From Rhodanobacteraceae bacterium (lineage in GTDB: Bacteria; Pseudomonadota; Gammaproteobacteria; Xanthomonadales; Rhodanobacteraceae): a stretch of DNA of 64,000 bases. A program made the translations under genes and the position numbers. Location of the stretch: the NCBI GenBank assembly GCA_051954935.1, contig JBQCHG010000082.1, positions 16,409-80,408 of the forward strand, read 5' to 3'. How positions within the stretch are numbered: position 1 is the stretch's first letter; every line of letters begins with the position of its first letter. The notes under the pieces were generated by a model that did no database searches, was not told where the DNA came from, and saw nothing but the letters and a program-made list of their open reading frames with translations. Of this stretch, positions 1-10,056 are shown one piece after another.

Positions 1-556
1 GCGCGATGTTGTTGACGAGGCCGACTTCGGGCCGCGCGATGGCGGCGAGGTAGGCGATGTCGCCCGGCTTGCCCGCGCCCATCTCCATTACCGCGTACTC
101 GCTGTCCCGCGGCATCGAGAGAAGTGAAAGCGGCAAGCCGATCTCGTTGTTGAAATTGCCCGCGTTGCTGTGCGTGCGCCCGTGGCGCTGCAGGATGGAG
201 GCGGTGAGTGTTTTTACCGTCGTCTTGCCATTGGAACCGGTGATGCCTACCACACGCGCGCGCCGCTTCGCGCGCACCGCGCTGGCGAGGTCGCCAAGTC
301 CCAGCAGCGTGTCGGCCACCACCACCTGCGGCAGATCGCTGTTTACCCGGCGCATCACCAGTGCGCCGGACGCTCCACGCCCGGCAGCCTGCGCGAGATG
401 CTCGTGCCCGTCGTGATGCTCGCCCTTCAAGGCGACGAACAATTCGTCCGCGGCGACCTTGCGTGAATCAGTGGACACCCCGTGCACCGGCGCATCTGCG
501 CCGTGCAGCTTGCCGCGCGTCCACAGGGCGACTTCGGAGAGGCGCAGGCTCAACAT
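1..556 (-). CDS. murF: UDP-N-acetylmuramoyl-tripeptide--D-alanyl-D-alanine ligase MurF, N-terminal part (runs off the left edge)
   Basis: Absent from the ORF track because it has no stop in the window. The reverse complement from ATG at 556 reads [19 protein letters not shown]...[16 protein letters not shown]...[13 protein letters not shown], which is a Mur ligase N-domain plus P-loop. The start overlaps the murE stop (ATGTTGA). The dcw position after murE fits. Confidence 0.85.
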   Translation of the reverse strand, partial: MLSLRLSEVALWTRGKLHGADAPVHGVSTDSRKVAADELFVALKGEHHDGHEHLAQAAGRGASGALVMRRVNSDLPQVVVADTLLGLGDLASAVRAKRRARVVGITGSNGKTTVKTLTASILQRHGRTHSNAGNFNNEIGLPLSLLSMPRDSEYAVMEMGAGKPGDIAYLAAIARPEVGLVNNIA

Positions 557-2040
557 GATCGAGCCTCCAGCGCGGCACGGGCCACCGCGAAATCGTCGAA
601 CGGACGCTTCACGCCCGCGCGCTCCTGGTAGGCTTCGTGGCCCTTCCCGGCGATCAGCACCACGTCACCGGGTCGTGCATCCTGCAGCGCGAGCTCGATC
701 GCTCGCGCGCGTTCACGCACCACGCGCGCACGTCGTGGTTGTGCGAAACCGGAGAGGATGCCCGCCACGATCGCATCGCCATCTTCGCCGCGCGGGTTGT
801 CGTCGGTGACGATGCAGACGTCTGCATCGGCTTCTACGATCGCGCCCATCTGCGGACGCTTGCCGGCATCGCGCTCACCACCCGCGCCAAACACGCATAT
901 CAGTTTCCCTTCGCAATGCGCGCGCAGCGTGGTCAGCGCCTGCCGCAAGGCATCCGGCGTATGCGCGTAATCCACCACGACCAGCGGGCAAGCGCCGCCG
1001 CCGAGACGATTCATGCGTCCGGTCACCGGCTGCAGTGTTTGCAGCACGTCCCGGATCCGGTCGAACGAAACATCCAGTGCGCCGAGCGCGCCGGCGACCG
1101 CCAGCAGGTTGGCGACGTTGAAGCGCCCGAGCAGACGGCTGCGTACCAGGCCCGAGCCCCACGGCGTGCGCAGGTGGAAATCGATGCCATCGGAATGGGT
1201 GTGCACGTCGGATGCGCGCAATTCCGCGTCATCGTTCTCGACCGCGTAGCGCAGCCGCGTGACCGAGGACGAGAGATTCGACGAAAGCTCGCGCCCGAAC
1301 GCATCGTCCACGTTGATCACCGCCGCGCGCAAGCCCGGCCAGGCGAACAGCTTGGCTTTCGCCGCCCCGTAGGCTTCCATCGTGCCGTGGTAATCGAGGT
1401 GATCGCGGGTGAGGTTGGTGAACACCGCGACGTCGAAGGCGACCGCGTCCACTCGGCGCTGGTCTAGCGCGTGCGAGGATACCTCCATCGCCACGTGGGT
1501 CGCGCCCGCGTCGCGGAACTGCGCCAGCAGCGCGTGCACGCTTATGACATCCGGCGTGGTGCGCTCGCCGGCCTGCAGTGCACCGTGCATGCCCGCACCG
1601 AGTGTGCCGATGGTCGCGGCACGGTGGCCGAGCCTGGTGAGCGCTTGCGCCAGCAACTGCACTGTCGAGGTCTTGCCGTTGGTGCCGGTGACGCCGATCA
1701 GCGTCATCGCTTCCGACGGACGCTCGAAGAAGCGCGCGGCGATTTCGCCGAGGTGTGTGCGGAGGTTTTCGATCCAGACGACGGGCGCTTCGTCGCCCGT
1801 CTCTCGCCTGCCGTCTCCCGCCGCTTCGGCGAGCACCGCGACCGCACCCCGCGCCCGCGCCATCGGCGCAAACGCAATGCCGTGCGCTCGCGCGCCATGC
1901 AGCGCGATGAAGGCATCGCCCGCGTGCACCGCACGCGAATCCTGGGTCAGCCCGGACACGACGATTTCGCGACCGCGTTGGACCTCTGCGATGCCACGCA
2001 GCAGGTCGTCCAGGCGCATGGCGCGTTGCGCGGCGCTCAT
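550..2040 (-). CDS. murE: UDP-N-acetylmuramoyl-L-alanyl-D-glutamate--2,6-diaminopimelate ligase
   Basis: Inner part of track ORF 550..3252. Start set at [14 protein letters not shown] (ATG 2040, ATGA overlap with the ftsI stop). Motifs seen are [11 protein letters not shown] and DNPR, typical of MurE. Confidence 0.92.
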   Translation of the reverse strand: MSAAQRAMRLDDLLRGIAEVQRGREIVVSGLTQDSRAVHAGDAFIALHGARAHGIAFAPMARARGAVAVLAEAAGDGRRETGDEAPVVWIENLRTHLGEIAARFFERPSEAMTLIGVTGTNGKTSTVQLLAQALTRLGHRAATIGTLGAGMHGALQAGERTTPDVISVHALLAQFRDAGATHVAMEVSSHALDQRRVDAVAFDVAVFTNLTRDHLDYHGTMEAYGAAKAKLFAWPGLRAAVINVDDAFGRELSSNLSSSVTRLRYAVENDDAELRASDVHTHSDGIDFHLRTPWGSGLVRSRLLGRFNVANLLAVAGALGALDVSFDRIRDVLQTLQPVTGRMNRLGGGACPLVVVDYAHTPDALRQALTTLRAHCEGKLICVFGAGGERDAGKRPQMGAIVEADADVCIVTDDNPRGEDGDAIVAGILSGFAQPRRARVVRERARAIELALQDARPGDVVLIAGKGHEAYQERAGVKRPFDDFAVARAALEARSC

Positions 2041-3833
2041 GGACCGGTCTCCTGCGGCGATTTGCGCACGTCGGCGACGGGGGTACGCGCAATCGGTGCC
2101 GCCGGTTGCGGCGCGCCGGTATACCAGCGCTGCACGTTGTCCGGCGGCACGTCCAGCAGGCGCATCGCACCGGTCATCACCTGGCTGAACACCGGCGCGG
2201 AGACCAGGCCGCCGAAATACATGCCGCCCTGCCCCGCGTCGCGGATCACGACGACGCCGACGAGGCGCGGGTTGTCGGCCGGGATGATTCCGCAGAAAAG
2301 CGCGGTGTAACGATTCGGTGCGTAGCCGCCGGCGATCGCGATATGCGCGGTGCCTGTCTTGCCCGCGACTGTGTAGTTGGGCACGGCCGCCTGCGGCGCG
2401 GTGCTGTCCGGGGACACCACCGTCTTCAGCATCTGCATCACTTCCTGCGCGATGGTCGGATCGATGATCGCGTGCTCGGGATTGTCCGCGCCCTTGACGA
2501 AGGTCGGCTCGCGGATCTCGCCGCCTTCGGCGATCGCCCCGTAAGCGCGCGCGAGTTGCAGGGGCGTCACGTTGAGGCCGTAGCCGAACGAGATCGTCGC
2601 CTTGACGAACTGCCCCCAGCTCTTGGGCGCAGGCAGGTAACCCGACACCTCGCCGGGAAAGCCGCTGTCGGTGCTGTGGCCGAATCCGAACCGGCTGAAC
2701 AGGTCGTACATCTGGTCGGCGGTCAACGTCAGCGAAATCTTCGATGCACCGACATTGCTGGAGTCCGTGATGACGTGGGTGACGTCGATCAGCCCGTTGT
2801 TGCTGTCGTCGCGGATCAGGTGCCCGTTCAGGGTGAACGTGCCGGGCGTGGTGTCGATCTTGGTAGTCGGCGTCCACTTGCCCGATTCCAGCGCGGTGGC
2901 GATGGTGAAGGGCTTCATCGTCGAGCCCGGTTCCACCACGTCGGTGACCGCGCGGTTGCGGCGCGCCGCCGGCTCGCTGCCGTCCAATGCGTTCGGGTTG
3001 TAGGAAGGCACGTTCACCATCGCCAGCACTTCGCCATCGCGCGGATCGAGGATCACCATCGAACCCGACGCGGCGTGATGTTTCTCCACGGCCTGTGCGA
3101 GCGCGGTGTAGGCGAGGTACTGGATGCGGCTGTCGATGCTGAGCGTGAGATCGTGGCCCGGGACCGGCGCACGCACCTGTTCGACATCTTCCACGGTGCG
3201 GCCGAGGCGATCGCGGATGACGCGCTTCAGTCCCGGTTTCCCGGCCAGCCACGAATCGTAGGCCAGCTCCAGGCCTTCCTGGCCGCGATCGTCGATATTG
3301 GTGAAGCCGAGGACGTGCGCGGTGATTTCGCCGGACGGGTAATAGCGCTTGTACTCGCGCTGGCTGTTGACGCCGGGGACATTCAACGCGAGCACGTCGT
3401 GCGCCGCTTCCGGGCTCATCTGCCGGCGCAGGTAGACGAATTCGCGATCGCTGCGTTCCTGCAGCCGCCTCGTTAGATCGCCCGGGTCCACGTCCAGCGC
3501 CTTGGCCAGTTTCGGGATCTGGTCGGCGTTGTCCAGCAGTTCGGAAGGATTGGCCCAGATCGAGACCACCGGCGTGGACACCGCCAGCGGCACACCGTTG
3601 CGATCGAAGATGGTGCCGCGCGAAACGGGAATCGGCACTTCGCGCAGGAAGCGCGCATCGCCCTGATCCTGGTAGAACTGTTTCCGGATCACCTGCAGGT
3701 CGATCGCGCGCGCGACCAGACCGCCGGAGGCCAGCACCAGCACGGCGAGCACCAGTAGCAGGCGCTTGCGCGGATTCGGCGCGGGCGGCCGGCGCGTGGT
3801 GATGGGTGGCGGAGTCGGCGCGCGCGGGTTCAT
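2037..3833 (-). CDS. ftsI: Peptidoglycan D,D-transpeptidase FtsI (PBP3)
   Basis: Inner part of track ORF 2037..4211. Start at [10 protein letters not shown] (ATG 3833, ATGA overlap with the ftsL stop). It has a TM segment [14 protein letters not shown], a PBP dimerisation region and transpeptidase motifs STMKP, SSN and KTGT. Confidence 0.92.
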   Translation of the reverse strand: MNPRAPTPPPITTRRPPAPNPRKRLLLVLAVLVLASGGLVARAIDLQVIRKQFYQDQGDARFLREVPIPVSRGTIFDRNGVPLAVSTPVVSIWANPSELLDNADQIPKLAKALDVDPGDLTRRLQERSDREFVYLRRQMSPEAAHDVLALNVPGVNSQREYKRYYPSGEITAHVLGFTNIDDRGQEGLELAYDSWLAGKPGLKRVIRDRLGRTVEDVEQVRAPVPGHDLTLSIDSRIQYLAYTALAQAVEKHHAASGSMVILDPRDGEVLAMVNVPSYNPNALDGSEPAARRNRAVTDVVEPGSTMKPFTIATALESGKWTPTTKIDTTPGTFTLNGHLIRDDSNNGLIDVTHVITDSSNVGASKISLTLTADQMYDLFSRFGFGHSTDSGFPGEVSGYLPAPKSWGQFVKATISFGYGLNVTPLQLARAYGAIAEGGEIREPTFVKGADNPEHAIIDPTIAQEVMQMLKTVVSPDSTAPQAAVPNYTVAGKTGTAHIAIAGGYAPNRYTALFCGIIPADNPRLVGVVVIRDAGQGGMYFGGLVSAPVFSQVMTGAMRLLDVPPDNVQRWYTGAPQPAAPIARTPVADVRKSPQETGP

Positions 3834-4102
3834 TGGCGGATCAGCTCCACCTGTCCGGGCGGCGGGGTCATCATGCCGAGCTGGCTGCGCGCGATCTGTT
3901 CGACGCGCCCGGGCGCGGCCCAGGTCGCCTGCTCCAGTTCCAGGCGGCCGAATTCGACGTTCAGCGCATCGCGCTGGTTCTGCAACTGAGTGAGATCGAC
4001 GAACGCCACGCGGCCCTGATGGCGTGCCCACACCACCGCGATCGCGCTGGCCATCACCGCGAGCAGCAGCACCGCCGTTGCGAGCGCGCCGATCACTTTC
4101 AT
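3830..4102 (-). CDS. ftsL: Cell division protein FtsL
   Basis: 90-aa bitopic protein [29 protein letters not shown] followed by a coiled-coil. It sits between rsmH and ftsI with 4-nt overlaps on both sides. Confidence 0.85.
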   Translation of the reverse strand: MKVIGALATAVLLLAVMASAIAVVWARHQGRVAFVDLTQLQNQRDALNVEFGRLELEQATWAAPGRVEQIARSQLGMMTPPPGQVELIRQ

Positions 4103-5034
4103 GCTCCGGCTCCCGTCGAACGCTTCTCGGCGATGCGCAACACCGCCGAGCGCGCGCGCGGATTGGCGGCGACTTCGGCTTCTGACGGGAATTGCGCCCG
4201 GCCGACGGCACGCAGCGGCGCCTCCGCGGTTTGCGGAGGCGGCAAGCCGCGCCGGCTTGCCACCGGCTGTTCGCCGCGGATGAAGTTCTTGACGATGCGA
4301 TCTTCCAGCGAGTGGAAGCTGATCACCGCCAGGCGGGCCGAAGGCTTCAGCGCAGCGGTAATCGCGCACAGGCCGCGCTCCAGAGAACCGAGTTCGTCGT
4401 TCACGTGGATGCGCAGGGCCTGGAACGTGCGCGTCGCCGGATGCTTGTTACGCTCGCGGCGGCCGATCGCGCGTTCCACCAGGTCCGCCAGCTCGCGAGT
4501 CGTGCGGACCGGCGCTTCCGTACGTCGCGCCACGATCGCGCGCGCGATGCGGCGGCTCATCCGTTCCTCGCCGTAGCGCCAGAGCACGTCCGCGATCTCG
4601 TGTTCGTCGGCGCTTGCGAGGAACTCCGCCGCGCTCTCGCCGGCGGTGGTGTCCATGCGCATGTCCAGCGGCGCGTCCGACTGGAACGAGAAGCCGCGCG
4701 AAGGATCGTCCAGTTGCGGCGAGGACACTCCCAGGTCCAGCAACGCGCCGTCGAGCTCGAGCGCCTCGTCCCACTGCGCGGCGTCGGCGAAATTGCCGCG
4801 GCGGATGGAAACGCGCGGATCGGCTGCGAACGCGCGCTGCGCTTCCGCGATCGCCTGCGGGTCGCGGTCCATCAGCAACAGGCGACCGTCGCTATCGAGG
4901 CGCTGGAGAATCGCGCGCGCATGACCGCCGCGGCCGAAGGTGCCGTCGAGATAGCGCCCGTGCGGGCGCACCGCCAGCCCCGCGATCGCCTCATCGCGCA
5001 TCACAGGGATGTGCGCCGCCGCGCTGCTCGCCAT
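4099..5034 (-). CDS. rsmH: 16S rRNA (cytosine1402-N4)-methyltransferase RsmH (MraW)
   Basis: Sequence MASSAAAHIPVMRDEAIAGLAVRPHGRYLDGTFGRGGHARAIL...SFHSLEDRIVK is characteristic of RsmH. An alternative ATG lies at 5052. Confidence 0.9.
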   Translation of the reverse strand: MASSAAAHIPVMRDEAIAGLAVRPHGRYLDGTFGRGGHARAILQRLDSDGRLLLMDRDPQAIAEAQRAFAADPRVSIRRGNFADAAQWDEALELDGALLDLGVSSPQLDDPSRGFSFQSDAPLDMRMDTTAGESAAEFLASADEHEIADVLWRYGEERMSRRIARAIVARRTEAPVRTTRELADLVERAIGRRERNKHPATRTFQALRIHVNDELGSLERGLCAITAALKPSARLAVISFHSLEDRIVKNFIRGEQPVASRRGLPPPQTAEAPLRAVGRAQFPSEAEVAANPRARSAVLRIAEKRSTGAGA

Positions 5035-5246
5035 CAATCCCGTCCCGTGCATTCGCCGCCAGAAAAAAACTTGGAACAAGCTTTGCGGTTCGCGCTTCGA
5101 ACCCACTTCTCCACATCTCCACAACCCCCAATCCTTGCTGCGCAAGGATTCGCCCCCTTGACTCAAGGGGGCATGGGCCCGCAGCGGCGTCCGCGCATTT
5201 CCGAATTCCATTCGTTGAACCCGACGCAAATCGCGAAGCGCGCAGG

Positions 5247-5693
5247 TCACAACCGCAATCCCGCCATGTCCTCGCTGATATCGGCTTCGCCGATCGTCTG
5301 CCGGATCTTGGCGAGATGCGCCTGTTCGCTCCAAAGCTCGAACTTGTTGCCCATCCCGAGCAGCACTGCCTTCTTCTCGATTCCCGCGGCAGCACGCTGA
5401 CTGGCAGGCAGCAGCACGCGTGCGGCTCCGTCCAGTTCCACGTGCGTGGCGGCGCCGACCAGCTTCAGCTGCAGGTCGCGGTGCACGCGCTTTACGCTCG
5501 ACAGTGCGTTGACCTGATCGCGCACGCGCTCCCATTCCGGTTGTGGGAATATCCAGAGACAACCGTGCTCGAACGGGTTGTAGGCGATGACCAGGCGATT
5601 GCTGCAGGCACGCGCGATCAGCTCGCGGTAGGCGGAAGGAACCGCCAGCCGACCCTTGTCGTCCACGGTAATTGCGGTTTCGCCCTGAAACAT
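5247..5693 (-). CDS. mraZ: Transcriptional regulator MraZ
   Basis: Sequence [24 protein letters not shown]...[18 protein letters not shown] shows two SpoVT/AbrB-like MraZ repeats. It is the first gene of the dcw cluster. Confidence 0.92.
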   Translation of the reverse strand: MFQGETAITVDDKGRLAVPSAYRELIARACSNRLVIAYNPFEHGCLWIFPQPEWERVRDQVNALSSVKRVHRDLQLKLVGAATHVELDGAARVLLPASQRAAAGIEKKAVLLGMGNKFELWSEQAHLAKIRQTIGEADISEDMAGLRL

Positions 5694-5700
5694 CGGCCAG

Positions 5701-5740
5701 ACTCTTCCACGATTTCCCACAAAATCACACCGAAACCCAC
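5701..5740 (-). promoter_or_regulatory. Array of four putative MraZ boxes (GTGKR pentamers with exact 10-nt phasing)
   Basis: The minus strand reads GTGGGTTTCG GTGTGATTTT GTGGGAAATC GTGGAAGAGT, 8-47 nt upstream of the mraZ ATG. This matches the known direct-repeat architecture of MraZ operators. Confidence 0.55.
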
Positions 5741-5767
5741 CTTAGTCTCAGGACCTGAGATAGTCAA
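5739..5767 (-). promoter_or_regulatory. Candidate sigma70 promoter of mraZ/dcw (TTGACT-17 nt-TAAGGT)
   Basis: On the minus strand, TTGACT (5767-5762) and TAAGGT (5744-5739) are separated by 17 nt, immediately upstream of the MraZ boxes. Assigned by pattern match only. Confidence 0.35.
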
Positions 5768-6162
5768 GGGAAATTTGCTTGTGGATCAAGGGGAAAGGCG
5801 CAATTGTGACCATTTTTCAAGGCACTTCTGAGCTGTCTTCCAAAGGTGCTTGAAAGCAAAGGAAATGGTTGAAACACCCCTCACCGCATCCGCGACTGCA
5901 AGCGGAGCAAAAGGGACGAATGCCGGCCCCAACCCGGCCGACGCGCATTCGTGAATGAGAACGCGTTACTGCCCGGGATGAGACGAACGCGCGACACCGG
6001 GAGCCCTGTCGCGGAATCAGGGATTGCGCCACGGCGACGTCGAAGCGGGCTGTTGGTGAGAGTGCGGCCATGGATAGCCGCTTTTCTCGGCAACTTTAAG
6101 GACGAAAGCCTTTCGAGTGCATGGGTTCTCGCTTGGATCAGCAATCAGGAAGATTGCAAGGA

Positions 6163-6525
6163 AAGCGGAGTCGGCCTGTAAGCCGGGTTCTGTTCGCCTT
6201 GCGGCGTGACAGTCATTCCTCTCGGCGCAGCGTCGCCGCTGCACTCAAGCAACCAACCCGGGAACGGCGCGGGCCACGCCATTGTTCCCCTATTCGGTCT
6301 TGCTCCAGGTGGGGTTTGCCGTGCCGGTCTGTTGCCAGACTCGCGGTGCGCTCTTGCCGCACCGTTTCACCCTTGCCACGCATGCCTTGCGACACCGTTC
6401 GGCGGTCTGCTCTCTGTTGCACTTTCCGTCGGCTCGCGCCGCCCAGGCGTTACCTGGCACCTTGCCCTGTGGAGCCCGGACTTTCCTCGAAGCTTGCGCG
6501 TCGCGACTGTCCGGCCGACTCCACC
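6163..6525 (-). ncRNA. rnpB: RNase P RNA, bacterial type A
   Basis: The minus strand contains GAGGAAAGTCCGGGCTCCACAGGGCAAGGTGCCAGGTAACGCCTGGG (P4 5' strand region) and ACAGAACCCGGCTTACAGGCCGACTCC (P4 3' strand plus P1 closure). The latter pairs with the 5' GGAGTCGGCC. Internal GGTGAAACGGTGCGGCAAGAGCGCACC is near-identical to E. coli M1 RNA. The ends are approximate to within about 5 nt. Confidence 0.93.
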
Positions 6526-6553
6526 GCGAATTGTACCAGCGCTGCGTTCGCGC

Positions 6554-7381
6554 TCAGCTTTCGTAGAGCGCCTTGCGCGGGGCGCCGCTGATCGCGGCGG
6601 CGAGCTTCGCCGCCTGCGCGGGAGGCAATTCTTCGCGCAGCAGCGCGTACACGCGCAGGCCTTCGATGACCTTGTCGTCGGCCGTTTCACCCGCGCCGGC
6701 GACAACCAACACGAATTCGCCACGCTGTTGATTGCTGTCTTCGTCGAGGCGCGCGCAGATCGCATCCAGCGTCTCGCCGAGCGCGGTTTCGTACAGCTTG
6801 GTGAGTTCGCGCAGCAGCCGCGCCTCGCGCTGGGCGCCGAATGCCGCGCGCAGATCCTCGCAGCACTCGCGGATGCGATGCGCGGATTCGTAGAACACCA
6901 GCGTACGCGGCTCGTGCGCCAGCTCGCGCAGACGTGCGCGCCGCCCGGACACCTTAGCCGGAAGAAACCCCTCGAACACGAAGCGATCGCTCGGCAACCC
7001 GGAAACCGAAAGCGCCGCGATGGCCGCACACGCGCCCGGCACTACACTGACGCTATAACCGGCGTCGCGGGCAGCGCGCACCAGCCGATAACCGGGATCG
7101 CTGATCAACGGCGTGCCGGCATCCGAAATCAGCGCGAGATCCTCGCCCGCCTGCAGCTTCGCCAGCAGCGGCGCGACCGCCTCGCGTTCGTTGTGCTCGT
7201 GCAGCGCGACCAGCGGCGTGCCGATCCCGAAATGCACCAGCAAAGGCTTGCTGTGGCGCGTGTCCTCCGCGGCGATCAATGCGACCTCGCGCAGCACGCG
7301 CTGCGCGCGCGGGGGAAAGTCCTCCAGGTTGCCGATCGGCGTGGCGACCACCCACAACGTGCCGGTGCGTCGGGTATTCAT
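6554..7381 (-). CDS. rsmI: 16S rRNA (cytidine1402-2'-O)-methyltransferase RsmI
   Basis: Sequence MNTRRTGTLWVVATPIGNLEDFPPRAQRVL...AAEDTRHS...ISDAGTP is tetrapyrrole-methylase-like RsmI. It is divergent from lpoA, as in E. coli (yraL-yraM). Confidence 0.9.
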   Translation of the reverse strand: MNTRRTGTLWVVATPIGNLEDFPPRAQRVLREVALIAAEDTRHSKPLLVHFGIGTPLVALHEHNEREAVAPLLAKLQAGEDLALISDAGTPLISDPGYRLVRAARDAGYSVSVVPGACAAIAALSVSGLPSDRFVFEGFLPAKVSGRRARLRELAHEPRTLVFYESAHRIRECCEDLRAAFGAQREARLLRELTKLYETALGETLDAICARLDEDSNQQRGEFVLVVAGAGETADDKVIEGLRVYALLREELPPAQAAKLAAAISGAPRKALYES

Positions 7382-7509
7382 GCGTTACCGTGCTCGTGCG
7401 AGGCTTGGGCTATCATCACACATGCACCCTGCGCACGTGCAGCAGGTTGCTTTCCTGCATGACTCGACCACGAGCACACGGTTCCAGACAAACGAGCGAG
7501 GACCGCCCG

Positions 7510-9030
7510 ATGCACCCCATCCGGATTGCCAACGCCCGATCGATCGCCGCCTGGATCTTCGCGGCCGCGCTGCTCGCAGGCTGCGCCAGTCTCGGTCAGT
7601 TCACGTCGCAGCCTTCGGCCGGGGCCCCGGCCCAGCCTCCGCCAGCGCAACAGGCCCAATTGCTGGCAGAACACGCGCGCGCACAGGAGGCCGGTGGCGA
7701 CGCATTCGGCGCGGCGCACACGTGGGCGCAACTCGCTCCCCTGGTTTCGCCGGTGGCGCGCGCAGACAACGAGAAGCAGATCCGCCGCCTGCTGATGTCG
7801 CTCGATCCGCAGCAGCTCAAGAGCGATTACGACACGCTCGCCGACAACGACCCTCTGAAGCCATATGCCCGCGCGGCACTCGAGCAACTCGGCGTGGCGA
7901 TGCCGCGCGCCTTGCCGCAACTGGATCACCCGGTCGGCACCGAAGTCGGCCAGGGCAATGCGATCACGCGCGAGGGTTACCGGATGCCCGCGCGGATCGC
8001 ACTGCTGTTGCCGATGCACGGCCCGCTCGCCACGCCGGCGGAAGCGGTGCGCGAAGGATTTTTCACCAGCTATTTCGGCGATCAATCCGATGCGCCGCGC
8101 CCGCAGGTGCGCAGCTATGACAGTGGCGGCACACCCGCACAGGTGCAGGCGGCGTACAACCAGGCGGTGACCGACGGCGCGAATCTCGTGATCGGACCGC
8201 TCGCGCGCGACAGCGTGGCGGCGATGTTCGCGCACGGCACGTTGCCGGTTCCGCTGCTGGCGTTGAACCACCCGGAAGCCGCCGTGCAGCCGCCGCCCGG
8301 CAGCGCCGAATTCGGATTGCTGCCGGAAGCGGAGGGCGCGCAGGCGGCGGCGCACATGCGCGAGCGCGGCGTACATCAGGCCATCGTGTTCGTGGGCAAC
8401 GACGATCGCGCGCGGCGCTCCGCTGTGGCCTTCAAGGCGCAATTCGAAAGCCTCGGCGGCCAGGTGCTGGACGAGGCCACGCTCGGCGACAACGTGGATT
8501 ATTCGGATGCGATCAAGGCAGCGCTGACCGATGCTCCCCCGGATGCCGGCATCCTGCTGCTGATGCGCCCACAGACCGCGCGGCTGCTGATGCCACAACT
8601 GCATCTGGCCAATGTCACGCAACCGGTGTTCGCGACTTCGCTGATCTATGCCGGCGATGACAACACCACCGCCGATCGCGACCTGGACGGCGTGGAGTTC
8701 TGTGACGCGCCGTGGCTGTTCGATGCGCAACCAGGCCTGCCGGACCACGCGACCATCGCCGCGCAACTGCCTGACGCGCGCGGCGCGGCGGCGCGACTGT
8801 TCGCCTTCGGCATGGATGCGTACGCGCTGTCGCCGTATCTCGATTGGCTGCGCATCCATCCCGGCACCTACGTTCCGGGCGCGACCGGACAGTTGACCGA
8901 GGATGCGCAGGGCCACGTGCACCGCGTGCCGGTATGGGCGAGCTTCCAGGATGGCGTGGCGCGACCGGTCGCGGCAGGGCTGGACAGCGCGCCTCCGATG
9001 CCCGCGCCGGCAACTTCTTCCGCGCAGTGA
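7510..9030 (+). CDS. lpoA: Penicillin-binding protein activator LpoA (outer-membrane lipoprotein)
   Basis: Start chosen at MHPIRIANARSIAAWIFAAALLAGCAS, which carries a lipobox LAGC. It has an N-terminal TPR-like region and a C-terminal periplasmic-binding-like domain. Synteny rsmI/lpoA/yraN supports the call. Confidence 0.8.
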   Translation: MHPIRIANARSIAAWIFAAALLAGCASLGQFTSQPSAGAPAQPPPAQQAQLLAEHARAQEAGGDAFGAAHTWAQLAPLVSPVARADNEKQIRRLLMSLDPQQLKSDYDTLADNDPLKPYARAALEQLGVAMPRALPQLDHPVGTEVGQGNAITREGYRMPARIALLLPMHGPLATPAEAVREGFFTSYFGDQSDAPRPQVRSYDSGGTPAQVQAAYNQAVTDGANLVIGPLARDSVAAMFAHGTLPVPLLALNHPEAAVQPPPGSAEFGLLPEAEGAQAAAHMRERGVHQAIVFVGNDDRARRSAVAFKAQFESLGGQVLDEATLGDNVDYSDAIKAALTDAPPDAGILLLMRPQTARLLMPQLHLANVTQPVFATSLIYAGDDNTTADRDLDGVEFCDAPWLFDAQPGLPDHATIAAQLPDARGAAARLFAFGMDAYALSPYLDWLRIHPGTYVPGATGQLTEDAQGHVHRVPVWASFQDGVARPVAAGLDSAPPMPAPATSSAQ

Positions 9031-9386
9031 ACGCGCGTGCGGCCGGCGACGTCTTCGAAGACCGCGCGCTGGAGCATTTGCAGCGCGCAGGCCTGAAGCT
9101 GCTGGCGCGCAATTTCGCCACGCGCTTCGGCGAACTGGATCTGGTCATGCGCGACGCCGACGCGCTGGTGTTCGTGGAGGTGCGCTATCGGCGACATCTC
9201 GGGTTCGGCGGCGGCGCGGCTTCCGTCGGCGCGGCCAAACGCGAGCGCATCATGCGCGCCGCGCAAGGGTTCCTGCAGGCGCATCCGAAACTGGCATCGC
9301 TGCCATGCAGGTTCGATGTGGTAGCGTTCGACGGGCAAGTGCACGCCACGCGATGTGAATGGCTCAGGGCCGCATTCGAGGTTTGA
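9027..9386 (+). CDS. yraN: UPF0102 family endonuclease-like protein YraN
   Basis: The GTG start overlaps the lpoA stop (GTGA). Sequence is VNARAAGDVFEDRALEHLQRAGLKLLARNFATRFGELDLVMRD...VFVEVRYR. Length of 119 aa and the ELD/EVK-type nuclease motif are typical of YraN. Confidence 0.8.
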   Translation: MNARAAGDVFEDRALEHLQRAGLKLLARNFATRFGELDLVMRDADALVFVEVRYRRHLGFGGGAASVGAAKRERIMRAAQGFLQAHPKLASLPCRFDVVAFDGQVHATRCEWLRAAFEV

Positions 9387-9472
9387 ACTTCATCCGCGCC
9401 GGGATTTCGAAGCACGAGCAAGCAAGCTGAGTTCGCCTTCAACGCTCCAGGCGAGCGCATTGGGACAATTCG

Positions 9473-10030
9473 ATGAACCGCACCTTTCGTCTGCTTTCGC
9501 TCTCTTTTCTGATTACCGCATCCGTTGCGCTGGCCGCATGCAGCACCTTCACGGATCGGCGCGGCTTCAATCGCGTGCTCAACGATCGCAACGTGCAGCT
9601 CACCGCACAGCGCACGCTGGACGACGATCCCGTGCTCGCCGGCAAAGTGCGCATCGGCACCGCGGTGTACGACGGGGTATTGCTGATGATCGGCGAAGCC
9701 CCCACGGAGGAATTGAGGCAGCGTGCGGAAGCCGACGTTACCGGCTTTGAAGGCGTGCGCCGCGTCGACAACGAGATCGACGTGATGCCGATCCCGCCGT
9801 TCTCGCAACGCGCGGCGGACGCCGCGCTGACCGCGCGCGTGAAAGCCGCGCTGTTGAACATCACCAGCCTGCCCGGCTTCGATCCGGGCCGCGTCAACGT
9901 CAGTACCGCACACGGCAACGTTTACCTGATGGGTCTCGTCAGCCACCAGGAAGCCGATGCCGTCACCGACATCGTGCGGCACATGGCGGGCGTGCAGAAG
10001 GTGGTACGCATCTTCGAGTACACGGATTGA
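9473..10030 (+). CDS. BON-domain lipoprotein (DolP/YraP-like)
   Basis: Signal plus lipobox LAAC, then two BON-like repeats (LDDDPVLAGKVRIGTAVYDGVLLMIGEAPT and GFDPGRVNVSTAHGNVYLMGLVSHQEAD). It follows yraN, as yraP does in E. coli. No diaA homologue lies between them here. Confidence 0.75.
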   Translation: MNRTFRLLSLSFLITASVALAACSTFTDRRGFNRVLNDRNVQLTAQRTLDDDPVLAGKVRIGTAVYDGVLLMIGEAPTEELRQRAEADVTGFEGVRRVDNEIDVMPIPPFSQRAADAALTARVKAALLNITSLPGFDPGRVNVSTAHGNVYLMGLVSHQEADAVTDIVRHMAGVQKVVRIFEYTD

Positions 10031-10056
10031 GGGCGTGACCGCGTAAACTTGCCGTC

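Noticed and set aside
550-3252. Track ORF of 900 aa suggesting a giant MurE fusion. Similar N-terminal over-extensions occur for ftsI (to 4211), rsmH (to 5562), gspD (to 28282), gspK (to 32155) and gspE (to 37060).
   Set aside because: The recognisable protein starts at an internal ATG in each case, often with a 4-nt ATGA overlap to the upstream gene's stop. The extensions overlap neighbouring genes in other frames and have junk-like composition.
5087-5103. GGTTCG...CGAACC motif that superficially resembles a tRNA T-arm
   Set aside because: No acceptor, D or anticodon arms can be drawn around it. It is one of several simple hairpins in the mraZ-rsmH spacer.
9387-9472. Absence of a diaA-like (phosphoheptose isomerase-fold) gene between yraN and the BON lipoprotein gene, considered as a deletion scar
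   Set aside because: The 86-nt spacer shows no gene remnant. Loss of diaA from this cluster is plausibly just lineage-typical gene order and cannot be judged from one window.
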